64,000 nt of DNA, from assembly GCA_900659855.1 (NCBI GenBank), contig CAACVI010000012.1, forward strand, positions 256,532 through 320,531. The letters run 5' to 3'. Below, piece by piece: positions 26,917-35,356 of the stretch. The position numbers and the translations under genes are program-made. Position 1 is the stretch's first letter; each line of letters begins with the position of its first letter. The notes under the pieces were generated by a model. It saw only the letters and a list, made by a program, of their open reading frames with translations, was not told where the DNA came from and did not search any database. This DNA comes from Candidatus Desulfarcum epimagneticum. Lineage in GTDB: Bacteria > Desulfobacterota > Desulfobacteria > Desulfobacterales > CR-1.

Positions 26917-28476
26917 ATGAGCGAAAAAGACCTGATACTGGCCATTGACAACGGCACCCTGGGCATGAAGGCGCTGATTTTCGACCTGGAGGGAAACCTT
27001 CTGGCCGGGGAGCGGGAGGCCTTTTCGCCCTATTTTTCGGAGAAACCGGGCTGGGCCGAGCAGGACCCGGAGGTGTTCTGGCAGGCGCTTTGCGTCTCCT
27101 GCCAAAGACTGTGGAAAAACCACGCCATTGATGCCGGCCGCCTGGCCGCCGTGTCCCTCACGGCCCAGAGGGGAACGGTGGTCAATGTGGATTCGGACGG
27201 AAAACCCCTAAGGCCCGCCATGCTGTGGCTGGACCAGAGGAAAACCCACAGTTTGAAACCGGTGGGGGGTCTTTGGGGAATGATATTCAAAACCGCCGGA
27301 TTAAAAGAGACCATTTCCTATCTCCAGGCCGAGGCCGAGGCCAACTGGATCCAAACATTTGAGCCCGACGTGTGGAGACACACTCATAAATATCTCCTGC
27401 TTTCCGGATACCACACCCACCGTCTCACCGGGGAGTTCAGGGATTCCGTCGGCTGCCAGGTGGGCTATGTGCCCTTTGACTACAAAAGGCATGAATGGGC
27501 CAGAAGCTGGGACTGGAAATGGCGCATCCTGCCCATCCGGCCCGGAATGCTCCCGGAGCTGGTCCCCCCGGGCGAGACCCTGGGCCATATCACGAAACGC
27601 GCGTCCGAACAGACCGGGATTCCCGAGGGCCTTCCCCTGGTGGCGGCGGCGGCGGACAAGGCGTGCGAGGTCATCGGCTCCGGCGCTCTGGACCCGTCCA
27701 CGGGCTGCGTGAGCTACGGCACCACCGCCACCATCAATATCGTGAGCAAAAAATACATCGAGCCCATCGCCATGCTTCCGCCCTACCCTTCCCCGGTTCC
27801 CGGCTATTACAACGTGGAGGTCCAGGTGTACCGGGGATACTGGATGGTGGACTGGTTCAGGGAGGAGTTCGGCCACCCGGAAAAACGGGAGTCGGTGAAA
27901 AAAAATGTCGCGCCGGAGGCGCTGTTTGAAAAACTTTTAGACAAAATCCCGCCGGGCTCCATGGGGCTCATGCTCCAGCCCTACTGGACCCCGGGTTTGA
28001 AATCGCCGGGGCCGGAGGCCAAGGGGGCCATCATCGGGTTCGGGGATGTCCACACCCGGGCCCATTTGTACCGGTCCATCCTGGAGGGGCTGGCGTACGC
28101 CTTGAGGGAAGGGAAGGAAAGAATTGAAAAACGGAGCAAAACGCCCATCTCCACGCTACGGGTCTCGGGCGGGGGGTCCCAGAGCGATCATGCCATGCGG
28201 CTGACGGCGGATGTGTTCGGCATCCCGGCGGCCCGCCCCCACATCTATGAGACCTCGGGGCTGGGCGCGGCCATCAACGCGGCGGTGGGCATGGAATTTT
28301 ATCCCGACCACGAATCCGCCATTCAGGCCATGACCCGGACCGGACGGGTGTTTGAGCCCGACCGGTCCCACTTCAAAATTTACGACGCCCTTTACCGCGA
28401 CGTGTATAAAAAAATGTACAAACGCTTAAAGCCGCTGTACAAAAAAATCAAAGCCATCACCGGCTACCCGGCTTAA
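26917..28476 (+). CDS. FGGY-family carbohydrate kinase
   Basis: In-frame ATG of ORF 26842..28476. It begins MSEKDLILAIDNGTLGMKALIFD...GWAEQDPEVFW, and a C-terminal FGGY_C segment is present (...RVSGGGSQSD..MRLTADVFG). Confidence 0.8.
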   Translation: MSEKDLILAIDNGTLGMKALIFDLEGNLLAGEREAFSPYFSEKPGWAEQDPEVFWQALCVSCQRLWKNHAIDAGRLAAVSLTAQRGTVVNVDSDGKPLRPAMLWLDQRKTHSLKPVGGLWGMIFKTAGLKETISYLQAEAEANWIQTFEPDVWRHTHKYLLLSGYHTHRLTGEFRDSVGCQVGYVPFDYKRHEWARSWDWKWRILPIRPGMLPELVPPGETLGHITKRASEQTGIPEGLPLVAAAADKACEVIGSGALDPSTGCVSYGTTATINIVSKKYIEPIAMLPPYPSPVPGYYNVEVQVYRGYWMVDWFREEFGHPEKRESVKKNVAPEALFEKLLDKIPPGSMGLMLQPYWTPGLKSPGPEAKGAIIGFGDVHTRAHLYRSILEGLAYALREGKERIEKRSKTPISTLRVSGGGSQSDHAMRLTADVFGIPAARPHIYETSGLGAAINAAVGMEFYPDHESAIQAMTRTGRVFEPDRSHFKIYDALYRDVYKKMYKRLKPLYKKIKAITGYPA

Positions 28477-28506
28477 TATCCGGGGCCGGAAGGATCGAAA
28501 AGCCCG

Positions 28507-28881
28507 CTAACCTCGGCCCGGCACGATGATCCGCGAATCGTCCTGCCCTTTTTGCCGCTGTTGTTCCCGCATTTCTTTAAATTTTTCAATGGTGTCGTTC
28601 ATGGCGTTTTTCATGGCGGCCGGAAACGCCTTCAGGGCCTCCCCCAGATTGTTGGCCGTCAGCATGGCCTGGAGGGGAAGCGGGCCATCGGGGGTGATGA
28701 GCTGGGTGGAGCCGATGAAAAGCTCGGTCCTGCTTTTGTCATCTCCGCCGTCGGCCTTAACCGGGGTGAGCCTTCGAATGGCGCCGGTTTTCATGTCTGT
28801 GAACGATTCGTCGCGGTACAGGTTGTTTTCGTCAATTTTAAAATCAATCTCCGCGCCGGACGCTGGGTTCGGTTCTGTCAT
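28507..28881 (-). CDS. Conserved hypothetical protein (last gene of the beta-oxidation-like operon)
   Basis: 124-aa ORF with GC-rich coding composition on the same strand as the operon. I recognise no domain. Confidence 0.55.
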   Translation of the reverse strand: MTEPNPASGAEIDFKIDENNLYRDESFTDMKTGAIRRLTPVKADGGDDKSRTELFIGSTQLITPDGPLPLQAMLTANNLGEALKAFPAAMKNAMNDTIEKFKEMREQQRQKGQDDSRIIVPGRG

Positions 28882-28916
28882 GTCGGATGGTTTCCTTTTT
28901 TTTTAGGTGTGTTTTG

Positions 28917-29067
28917 GATAAACTCGTAAAAAGATTGCGGGACAGCGTCGTAAAAAGTTCGATCTACAAGGCGAAGCGGTTATTTTTGAGCGAGGCAATA
29001 CACTTAGTATGCCTCGCTCAAAAATAACCGCTTTAACGCCGTAGATCGGACTTTTTACGGCGCTGTC
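28917..29067. repeat. Full copy of the palindromic element (with compensatory stem changes)
   Basis: GATAAACTCGTAAAAAGATTGCGGGACAGCGTCGTAAAAAGTTCGATCTACAAGGCGAAGCGGTTATTTTTGAGCGAGGCAATACACTTAGTATGCCTCGCTCAAAAATAACCGCTTTAACGCCGTAGATCGGACTTTTTACGGCGCTGTC. Confidence 0.85.
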
Positions 29068-30280
29068 AGTCTCCGTATTTTCCCACTATGGAGATACTGC
29101 ACACATTCATCATGGGAAATCCCCCCAAATTGTGGGTCAGGCCGAAGCGGGGGTCCTCAAGCTGTCTTTCCCCGGCCTTTCCATGTAGCTGGAGATACAT
29201 CTCGTAAATCATACGGATGCCCGAGGCCCCGATGGGATGGCCGAAGCATTTCAGGCCCCCGTCCACCTGGCACGGCACTCCGCCGCCGTCCAGGTCGAAG
29301 AAGCCGTCCAGCACGTCCTTGACCGCGCCGCCCCGCTCGGAGATGTGCAGATCCTCCATGGTCACCAGCTCGGTGATGGAAAAGCAGTCATGGACCTCCA
29401 TCATGCTCAGCTCTTTTCGGGGATCGGTGATCCCGGCCTCTTTGTAGGCCTTTTTGCTGCACGCCGTGGTGGTCATGAAATGGTCGCCGTCCCACTCGTC
29501 GTAGCCCATTTCCTCGCCGCTGCTCAAGGCCAGCTGAAGGGCCTTGACCGTGACAAAATCCTTTTTGCCCATCTTTTTGGCGATCTCAGGGGTGGTGACG
29601 ATGGCGCAGGCCGACCCGTCGCTGACCCCGCAGCAGTCGTACAGCCCCAGGGGGTGGGCGATGATGGGGCAGGCCAGGATGGTGTCCACGGACACCTCTT
29701 TCCGAAGATGGGCCTTGGGATTTTTCGCGCCGTTGGCGTGGCTCTTCATGGAGATGTGGGCCATGGCCTGTTTGATATCGGCGTCCGGAACCCCGTGTTT
29801 GGCGCTGTAGGCGCTGGCGAGCTGGGCGAACGAGCCCGGCGCCGTGATGTTGGGAAACCACTGCCAGATAAGGCTTCCCGCGTTTGACCCGGTGAAGCTG
29901 GGAAGCCCCCCGAAGCCGGTGTCTTTGAGTTTTTCAACGCCAAGGGCCAGACATATGTCATAGGCCCCGGAAGCCACCGCGTAGCAGGCCCCCCTGAAGG
30001 CCTCGGTGCCTGTGGCGCAAAAATTCTCCACCCGGGTGACCGGGATAAAGGGAAGTCTTAAGGTGGTGGCCAGGGGAATGGCGCTTTTTCCCACGCCCCC
30101 CTCATCGAAACAGGTGCCGAACCACGCCGCCTCGATCTCCTTTTTTTCGATTCCGGCGTCCTGGAGGCATTCCTGGAACGCCTCGACCATGAGTTCCTCG
30201 GCCCCCACATCCCAGCGTTCTCCAAACTGGGTGCAGCCCATTCCAATAATCGCCACTTTGTCTCTTATGCCTGTCGCCAT
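29066..30280 (-). CDS. SCP-x/thiolase-like protein (acetyl-CoA C-acyltransferase family)
   Basis: 404-aa ORF. VAIIGMGCTQFGERW...NFCATGTEAF (active-site Cys region)...HPLGLYDCC...GHPIGASG...NLGG is a non-specific-lipid-transfer-type thiolase pattern. Confidence 0.8.
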   Translation of the reverse strand: MATGIRDKVAIIGMGCTQFGERWDVGAEELMVEAFQECLQDAGIEKKEIEAAWFGTCFDEGGVGKSAIPLATTLRLPFIPVTRVENFCATGTEAFRGACYAVASGAYDICLALGVEKLKDTGFGGLPSFTGSNAGSLIWQWFPNITAPGSFAQLASAYSAKHGVPDADIKQAMAHISMKSHANGAKNPKAHLRKEVSVDTILACPIIAHPLGLYDCCGVSDGSACAIVTTPEIAKKMGKKDFVTVKALQLALSSGEEMGYDEWDGDHFMTTTACSKKAYKEAGITDPRKELSMMEVHDCFSITELVTMEDLHISERGGAVKDVLDGFFDLDGGGVPCQVDGGLKCFGHPIGASGIRMIYEMYLQLHGKAGERQLEDPRFGLTHNLGGFPMMNVCSISIVGKYGD

Positions 30281-30320
30281 AGATTGGATCCTCCTCGTGT
30301 GTATGACGGATATATCAAAT

Positions 30321-32687
30321 TCAGGCGCTCATAAAACTCATCAGCGCCTCATTCAAATCAAAATACGCTTTGGCTTCATCCAGGGAATTGATATCGTCCA
30401 TGCGGTCCCGGATCATCTCCGGGGTGGGAGGCGCGTCGTCGTCCCCCAGGCGGACGCCTTTGCCGGTGACAATGGACGCCTTGTTGTAATAGCCCATTCC
30501 GGCGTTAAAAATTTCCCCGGTTTCCCCGCACGACTCCCCGGCCAGGTAAAGGACCAGGGAAGAGACAAACCCGGGTTTGAGCTTTTCAAACAGGTCCGGG
30601 GGCAGCACGTCCTCGGTGAGGCGGGACGCGGCCAGAGGCGCCACGGCGTTGACCTTGACGTCGTATTTTTTGCCCTCCAGCTTCAGCGAATTCATCAGCC
30701 CGATCAAAGCCAGTTTGGCCGAAGAGTAGTTGGCCTGGCCGAAATTGCCGTACAGCCCGGCCCCGGAGGTGGTCATGACGATCCGGCCGTAGCCCTTTTC
30801 CTTCATGACTTTAAAGGCCGGCCGGGTCACGTGACAGGCGCCGTTCAAATGAACGTCCATCACGGATTTCCAGGTTTCCATATCGGTTTTGACAAAGCTT
30901 TTGTCCCGTAAAATCCCGGCGTTGTTGATCAGAACATCCACGCGGCCAAAGGCGTCCAGGGCGCTTTGAACGATGTTTTCCCCGCCCTGACGAGTGGCCA
31001 CGTTGTCGAAGTTGGCCACGGCCTGGCCGCCGTCCGCGCGGATTTCGTCCACCACTTTTTCAGCCGGAGAGGCCGAGCCCTCCCCGGAGCCGTCCCTGGA
31101 CCCGCCCAGATCATTGACCACCACCTTTGCGCCGCGACGGGCCAGATCCAGGGCGTACACCTTGCCCAGACCCCCGCCGGCGCCGGTGACGATGGCGACT
31201 TTTCCATCAAAATCCCGCTCCCGCATTTTCTCAGCGGCGCCGGGCACAGGCACGGCCTTCCAGAAATAATTCACCATGCCCCTTTCAGCGTCCACCCCTT
31301 TTCGCTTGAACTCCAGGGTCACGGGAAGGCCCACCTTCAACTCGTCCTGAACGCAATCCGTGAAATCGGCCATGAACCGGCCCCCGTTGTCAAACTGGAT
31401 GAGGCCGTACATGGCCGGGGGATCCACGGAGATGGAAAGCATGTCCGCGGTGAAGGTTTTGATTTTGGCCGGCTCGTCGGCGAACTCGAAATCTTTCTGG
31501 GTTCCCACGGCCCCGCAGGACGGGTTCACACAGATGTCCATTTTGGGAAACTGACGGGTCCCGCACTCCGAGCACCGGCCCCCCACCAGGCCCAGGATCA
31601 TCTTGTTTTTCCGATAAAGAACCGTCATGGCCGTCTGGGTGGGCGCCTCGGCCCGGATGCCCATCTCCGTCTGAATGAGGTCCCGGTACTTGAGCCATTT
31701 GGGATAATTGTCAAGGGCCTTTTTGTTTTCCAGGGTCCCTTTGAAGCCCTTTCTTTCGGGAAGATTCAAAATATGCTCCGTGACCTCAAAGTAAAGGGCC
31801 GAGCATCCCTGGCCGTATCCCGCCATGATGATCCGGTCGCCGGGTTTTGCCTCGTCCAGAACCGAGGCCAGCATGAGAAACGGGTGGGCCGCGCCGGTCT
31901 CGCCGCAGACATCGTGAAGGTTGTCCACGAGCTTTTCCGGTCCGGCGCCCAGTTTGGCCGCGATCTTTCGGTGGTCGCCTTTGAAAAAGCAGGGATAAAT
32001 CAGCTTGTCCACATCGTCCATGGAGATGCCGAGCTTGTCAAACAGTCCGTTGACGGCCTCGGGGACAATTTTGGCGTAACCCGCGTCCCGGGCCCATCTT
32101 TCCTCCCACATGTAGTCAAATTTGCGGTCCGCGGCCCGGTAATGGTCCACGAAATCGTAGGACACGGAGTAAGAGCCCTTGTATTCGGCGATGACGTTTT
32201 CGCGCCCCGTCAAAAGGGAGGCGGCGCCGTCGCCGAACCACATCTCGTAAAAATAGGCGGCCTTGGTCTCTCTTTTGTCCGTGGCCGTCACCAGGATATG
32301 GTCCTTTTCCCCGCTTTTGACGGACTCCAAAGCGGAGATCAGCGCCGCGGCCCCCACCCTCTGGGAGCCGGTGAAGTCGGATGTGATAAGGTCGTTTCTT
32401 AAATTGAGCCCCGACGCCAGAATGCCGGCGTTTTGCCGGTCGGCGAAGGGAAGCGTGGTGGAGGCCAGGTAAACAGCGTCCAGGCCGCCTTTGTCCTGCC
32501 CCGCCAGGCAGTCCCGGGACGCGGCCACGGCCATGGTGACGGAGTCCTCATCCCAGCCGCACATGGACCTTTCGCCCTGGGCCACCATCATGATGGCGGG
32601 CGCGAACCATCCCATGGCGGAAACAATGGACATGCGGTCAAGCCGCAAACGCGGAATATACGCCCCATATGAAGTGATGCCGATCAT
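30321..32687 (-). CDS. Tri-domain fusion: HMG-CoA-synthase/KAS-III-like + DUF35 (Zn-ribbon/OB) + MFE-2-type SDR
   Basis: Start ATG at 32687 (MIGITSYGAYIPRLR) is preceded by GAAGGAG. There is a central CSECGTRQFPKMDICVNPSCGA zinc ribbon and a C-terminal SDR (VAIVTGAGGGLG...NNAGILRD...YSSAK). Confidence 0.8.
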   Translation of the reverse strand: MIGITSYGAYIPRLRLDRMSIVSAMGWFAPAIMMVAQGERSMCGWDEDSVTMAVAASRDCLAGQDKGGLDAVYLASTTLPFADRQNAGILASGLNLRNDLITSDFTGSQRVGAAALISALESVKSGEKDHILVTATDKRETKAAYFYEMWFGDGAASLLTGRENVIAEYKGSYSVSYDFVDHYRAADRKFDYMWEERWARDAGYAKIVPEAVNGLFDKLGISMDDVDKLIYPCFFKGDHRKIAAKLGAGPEKLVDNLHDVCGETGAAHPFLMLASVLDEAKPGDRIIMAGYGQGCSALYFEVTEHILNLPERKGFKGTLENKKALDNYPKWLKYRDLIQTEMGIRAEAPTQTAMTVLYRKNKMILGLVGGRCSECGTRQFPKMDICVNPSCGAVGTQKDFEFADEPAKIKTFTADMLSISVDPPAMYGLIQFDNGGRFMADFTDCVQDELKVGLPVTLEFKRKGVDAERGMVNYFWKAVPVPGAAEKMRERDFDGKVAIVTGAGGGLGKVYALDLARRGAKVVVNDLGGSRDGSGEGSASPAEKVVDEIRADGGQAVANFDNVATRQGGENIVQSALDAFGRVDVLINNAGILRDKSFVKTDMETWKSVMDVHLNGACHVTRPAFKVMKEKGYGRIVMTTSGAGLYGNFGQANYSSAKLALIGLMNSLKLEGKKYDVKVNAVAPLAASRLTEDVLPPDLFEKLKPGFVSSLVLYLAGESCGETGEIFNAGMGYYNKASIVTGKGVRLGDDDAPPTPEMIRDRMDDINSLDEAKAYFDLNEALMSFMSA

Positions 32688-32707
32688 AGTATTCTCCTTC
32701 TTTCTTT

Positions 32708-32863
32708 GATAAACCCGTAAAAAATGGATCGGACGGCATCGTAAAAATTCCATATGCTAAAATTTAAGCTACAAGGCGTAGTGGTTTTTTGAGAGTGAGG
32801 CCATACATATAGTATGCCGAAGGAACAAAAAACCACTGCGACGCATTTTTCTACGATGTCGTC
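32708..32863. repeat. Variant (type-2) copy of the palindromic element
   Basis: GATAAACCCGTAAAAAATGGATCGGACGGCATCGTAAAAATTCC...CTACAAGGCGTAGTGGTTTTTTGAGAGTGAGGCCATACATATAGTATGCCGAAGGAACAAAAAACCACTGCGACGC...CTACGATGTCGTC. Confidence 0.75.
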
Positions 32864-32889
32864 TTTAAACAGGCTCATTTAAACCCGAT

Positions 32890-35007
32890 TCAGTTCAATT
32901 TGAACAGCTGCTCAATCAGCTGGGATTTCATGATATCGCCCGTGATCTTCAATTTTCCGGACGTATAGGCCTGCATGGCCGGAAGGCTCCCGTTCATCAT
33001 GTCCAGAAAATCCGCGTCCGGCATCTCAAGACAGCAACTCGGGTTGTCGTGGACCCCCGGCGAAATATCAAGGGCCCCGTCCTGGATGTCGCAGATCCAT
33101 TCGCACCCGTCGTTTCCGGTGATATTAAACTGAAACGTCACGGTTTTGCCTTTGGCGGCCTCCTCCATGAACTTGTCCCCCAGGGTCTCAAACACCTCGG
33201 TCACCGAGCCGGCGCCGGCGCCGGACGAGGCGCCGTCCCCTTCGGGTTTTTTCGTGAAGGCGGCCATCACATCGCCCACCTGCTCGCTCACCTGGCCGTA
33301 CTCCACCGCCCCTTTCATGGCGGTGATTTTCCCCCAGGCCCCTTTGAGCGCCTTTGGCCCGGGCGCCTCGGCGCCGTCTCCCACCACGGCCCCCGGTCCT
33401 GTGACCATGGCGGCCCGGTTGAAAAATCCCATGCCCGCGTTGTAAACGCTCCCGGATTCCCCGCAGTCCTCCGAGCACAGGTAAAGGGTCATGGGCGCCA
33501 CAAACTCCGGCTTCATTTTTTCAAACAGATCCGGGGGCAGCACGTCCTCGGTGAGCCGGGACGCCGCCACCGGGGCGATGGCGTTGACCTTGATGTCGTA
33601 TTTCGCGCCCTCCAGCCTCAGCGTGTTCATCAGCCCCACCAGGCCCATCTTGGCCGCCGAATAGTTGGTCTGGCCGAAATTGCCGTACAGACCGGCCGCC
33701 GATGTGGTGAGCACGATCCGGCCGTAGCCCTTTTCTTTCATGACTTTAAAGGCCGGCCGGGTCACGTGGTAGGCGCCGTTTAAATGAACGTCCAGAACCG
33801 CCTCCCAGGTCTCCGGCTCCATCTTGACGAAACTTTTGTCCCGTAAAATGCCGGCGTTGTTGATCACGATATCCACGGTCCCGAAATGGTCCAGGGCGGT
33901 TTTGACGATGTTTTCCCCGCCCTTCGGGTCGGCCACGTTGTCGAAATTGGCCGCGGCCTCTCCTCCCATGTCGCGAATTTCCTGAGCCACCTTTTCGGCC
34001 GGCGACGACGATCCGTCTCCGCTTCCGTCCCGGGCGCCGCCCAGGTCGTTGACCACCACCTTGCACCCGCGCTTTGCCAGCTCCAGGGCGTACACCCGTC
34101 CCAGGCCGGCCCCGGCGCCGGTGACAATGGCCACCCGGCCGTCAAATCGAATCTCGTCCGGCGTCGCGTCCCCGTATTCAAAGGTTCCGTTGGTGATGAT
34201 CTCCTCGCCGGTTTTGGCGTTGACGGTCTTCCACACGCCTTTGCCCTCTTCCGTTTTCCATACCAGGGTCTGGACGGGCTCGCCGGGGTACAGGGTTTTT
34301 GAAAAGCGGCAGTTGAATGTCCTGAGTTTTTCAGGCTCACCGGGCATCAGGCTTTCAATCACGGCCCGGCAGGCGTAGCCGTGGGTGCACAAACCGTGCA
34401 TGATGGGCTTTTCAAACCCCGACATTTTGGCGAATTCGGGGTCCACATGAAGCTGAAAGGTGTCCCCGGTGAGCCGGTAGATGAGGGGCTGATCGGCCGA
34501 CGGCGCGGCGTCCACCACGAAATCCGGCTCTCTTTGGGGAAACTCAAACTCGGATTTCGGGGCCGGGGGGCCGCCGAAATTCCCGTCCAGACGGGAAAAC
34601 ACCGTGATGATGTTGGTGAAAAGCTTCTGGCCGTTTGAATGGCGCGTCTCAAATTCGGCGACGATCAACGCCCCTTTGTCGCCTTTGTCATACATGTGGA
34701 TGACCTTTCCCTCGGTGGAAAGGGTCCCCTGGGGCGGAATGGGATGGTGGAACACCAGCTCCTGCTCGCCGTGCAGAATCCCCGCCAGATTGATATTGAT
34801 CTCCTTTGCGATGGATATGAAAAAATCCATCTCCACCAGAGCCGCGATGGAAAAGCTGGGAACGACCTTGATGTCTTTTTCATAGCAGTACTCCAGATCT
34901 GAAAAACCGGCGCCCACCCCCAAGGCGTAGAGCGCGACATCCTTCCAGTCGTATTCCCGGGTAAACGGCCCGATTTTTTTTCCGATTGCGTCTAAGTTAA
35001 GCGCCAT
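32890..35007 (-). CDS. Multifunctional-enzyme-2-like protein: MaoC/hot-dog hydratase (N+C) + SDR dehydrogenase + SCP2 domain
   Basis: 705-aa ORF. The N-terminal double hot-dog has ...YRLTGDTFQLHVDPEFA. The central SDR has VAIVTGAGAGLG...NNAGILRD...YSAAK. The C-terminal SCP2 has ...FQFNITG...LPAMQAYTSGKLKITGDIMKSQ. Confidence 0.85.
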   Translation of the reverse strand: MALNLDAIGKKIGPFTREYDWKDVALYALGVGAGFSDLEYCYEKDIKVVPSFSIAALVEMDFFISIAKEININLAGILHGEQELVFHHPIPPQGTLSTEGKVIHMYDKGDKGALIVAEFETRHSNGQKLFTNIITVFSRLDGNFGGPPAPKSEFEFPQREPDFVVDAAPSADQPLIYRLTGDTFQLHVDPEFAKMSGFEKPIMHGLCTHGYACRAVIESLMPGEPEKLRTFNCRFSKTLYPGEPVQTLVWKTEEGKGVWKTVNAKTGEEIITNGTFEYGDATPDEIRFDGRVAIVTGAGAGLGRVYALELAKRGCKVVVNDLGGARDGSGDGSSSPAEKVAQEIRDMGGEAAANFDNVADPKGGENIVKTALDHFGTVDIVINNAGILRDKSFVKMEPETWEAVLDVHLNGAYHVTRPAFKVMKEKGYGRIVLTTSAAGLYGNFGQTNYSAAKMGLVGLMNTLRLEGAKYDIKVNAIAPVAASRLTEDVLPPDLFEKMKPEFVAPMTLYLCSEDCGESGSVYNAGMGFFNRAAMVTGPGAVVGDGAEAPGPKALKGAWGKITAMKGAVEYGQVSEQVGDVMAAFTKKPEGDGASSGAGAGSVTEVFETLGDKFMEEAAKGKTVTFQFNITGNDGCEWICDIQDGALDISPGVHDNPSCCLEMPDADFLDMMNGSLPAMQAYTSGKLKITGDIMKSQLIEQLFKLN

Positions 35008-35089
35008 TCAAACCCTCCTTATGTTCCGGATTTTTATTTAAAAAAAATCCCCGCATGAGCGGCGTCATAAAATTTCATATGGTAAAATT

Positions 35090-35199
35090 GATGAACTCGT
35101 AAAAAAGCCGATTTTGGACTGTTTCCAAAATTCAGGTCTAATAATTTCAGTTGTTTATACAGACAAAAAATCTGTTTTTTGATTTTTTACGAGTTTATC
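35090..35199. mobile_element. 110-bp short variant sharing the element TIRs, with 6-bp target duplication
   Basis: GATGAACTCGTAAAAAAG...different internal sequence...TTTTTTACGAGTTTATC. AAAATT lies on both flanks (35084..35089 and 35200..35205). Confidence 0.75.
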
Positions 35200-35206
35200 A
35201 AAATTT

Positions 35207-35356
35207 GATGATCTCGTAAAAAAGCCTGGGATGGCTAAGTTAAAAATTCGATATACAAGGCGCAGCGGTTATTTTTAATTGAGGCAATACATGTAGTATG
35301 CCTCAATTAAAAATAACCGCTGTAACGCAGTAGATCGGATTTTTTACGACGCCATC
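35207..35356. repeat. Full 150-bp copy of the palindromic element (inverted orientation)
   Basis: GATGATCTCGTAAAAAAGCCTGGGATGGCTAAGTTAAAAATTCGATATACAAGGCGCAGCGGTTATTTTTAATTGAGGCAATACATGTAGTATGCCTCAATTAAAAATAACCGCTGTAACGCAGTAGATCGGATTTTTTACGACGCCATC. This is near-identical to the reverse complement of 26321..26470. Confidence 0.85.

Noticed and set aside
30966-32402. Long antisense ORFs inside GC-rich genes. Examples: 30966..32402, 30006..30911, 39844..41160, 40787..41746, 41923..42636, 47049..47834, 48309..49199, 53768..54637, 1095..1616 and 2223..2756.
   Set aside because: Their translations are Arg/Gly/Pro/His-rich and low in complexity with no motifs. They lie opposite or out of frame to ORFs with clear family signatures. 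This is the typical shadow-ORF artefact of high-GC coding DNA.
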